Below are positions 63,281 to 64,000 of a stretch of 64,000 bases of DNA, piece after piece. This DNA is from Octopus sinensis. Its lineage: Eukaryota. Every line of letters begins with the position of its first letter. Within the stretch, counting starts at the first letter, position 1. The position numbers were made by a program, and so were the translations under genes. The stretch is taken from the NCBI RefSeq assembly GCF_006345805.1, contig NC_043020.1:15748001-15812000 (forward strand), in the 5' to 3' direction. The notes beneath the pieces are model-generated. The model saw nothing but the letters and a program-made list of their open reading frames with translations, did not search any database and was not told the origin of the DNA.

Positions 63281-64000
63281 TATCCGGAGTGGCTGTGTGG
63301 TAAGTAGCTTGCTTACCAACCACATGGTTGCGGGTTCAATCCCAATGCGTGGCACCTTGGCCAAGTGTCTCCTATTATAGCCTTGGGCCGACCAATGCCT
63401 TGTGAGTGGATTTGGTAGACGGAAACTGAAAGAAGCCCGTTGTATATAAGTATATATATGTGTGTGAGTGTGTGTGTTTGTGTGTCTGTGTTTGTCCTCC
63501 CAACATCGCTTGACAACCGGTGGTGGTGTGTTTACGTCCCTGTAACTTAGCAGTTCGGCAACAGAGACTGATAGAACAAGTACTAGGCCTACAAAGAATA
63601 AGTCCTGGGGTCAATTTGCCTGACTAAAGGTGGTGCTCCAGCATGGCCGCAGTCAAATGGCTGAAACATACATATATATATATACATATATACGACGGGT
63701 TTCTTTCATTTTCTGTCTACCAAATCCACTCACAAGGCTTTGGTTGGCCCGAGGCTATCGTAGAAGACACTTGCCCAAGATGCCACGCAGTGGGACTGAA
63801 CCCGGAACCATGTGGTTGGTAAGCAAGTTACTTACCACACAGCCACTCCTACAAACTTTTTCTTAAGTACAACTTTAGCCTTTGTGCTCTCCAACACCAT
63901 TCACTGTTTACCAATACTGATCATGAGGAAAGGAGATACAAAAAAACCATTACATTTAATCTGAACACCTCTGTATGTAAGAAAAAACAAAAATGAAACA

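Overview
AT-rich, repeat-saturated animal genomic DNA. The repeat families and microsatellite load fit a coleoid cephalopod, most likely Octopus (inference from recalled repeat families, not a search). It looks like intronic or intergenic DNA. I cannot support any complete protein-coding gene, rRNA, true tRNA or CRISPR array, and most track ORFs are microsatellite artefacts. Well-supported content: (1) a full-length but disabled Hsmar1-like mariner with TIRs and TA TSD (25659-26929); (2) a decayed maT/DD37D transposon (55222-56018); (3) a 5'-truncated Neptune-type Penelope-like element (PLE) with RT C-terminus and GIY-YIG (27975-29187, minus strand); (4) fragments of three RTE LINE lineages and two restriction-like-endonuclease LINEs; (5) four tRNA-derived SINE families, labelled A-D here, with dozens of copies; (6) TTAA-flanked piggyBac-type MITEs; (7) a 260-bp foldback element, a 26-bp minisatellite, and two near-identical tandem duplications. 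The most interesting signal is about a dozen minimal type-I hammerhead-ribozyme (HHR)-like motifs in at least four short non-coding families, mostly next to (TA)n. One family carries U instead of the near-invariant A6 in all six copies, and one element joins a tRNA-like Pol III head to an HHR. A few isolated candidate exons are listed at low confidence.
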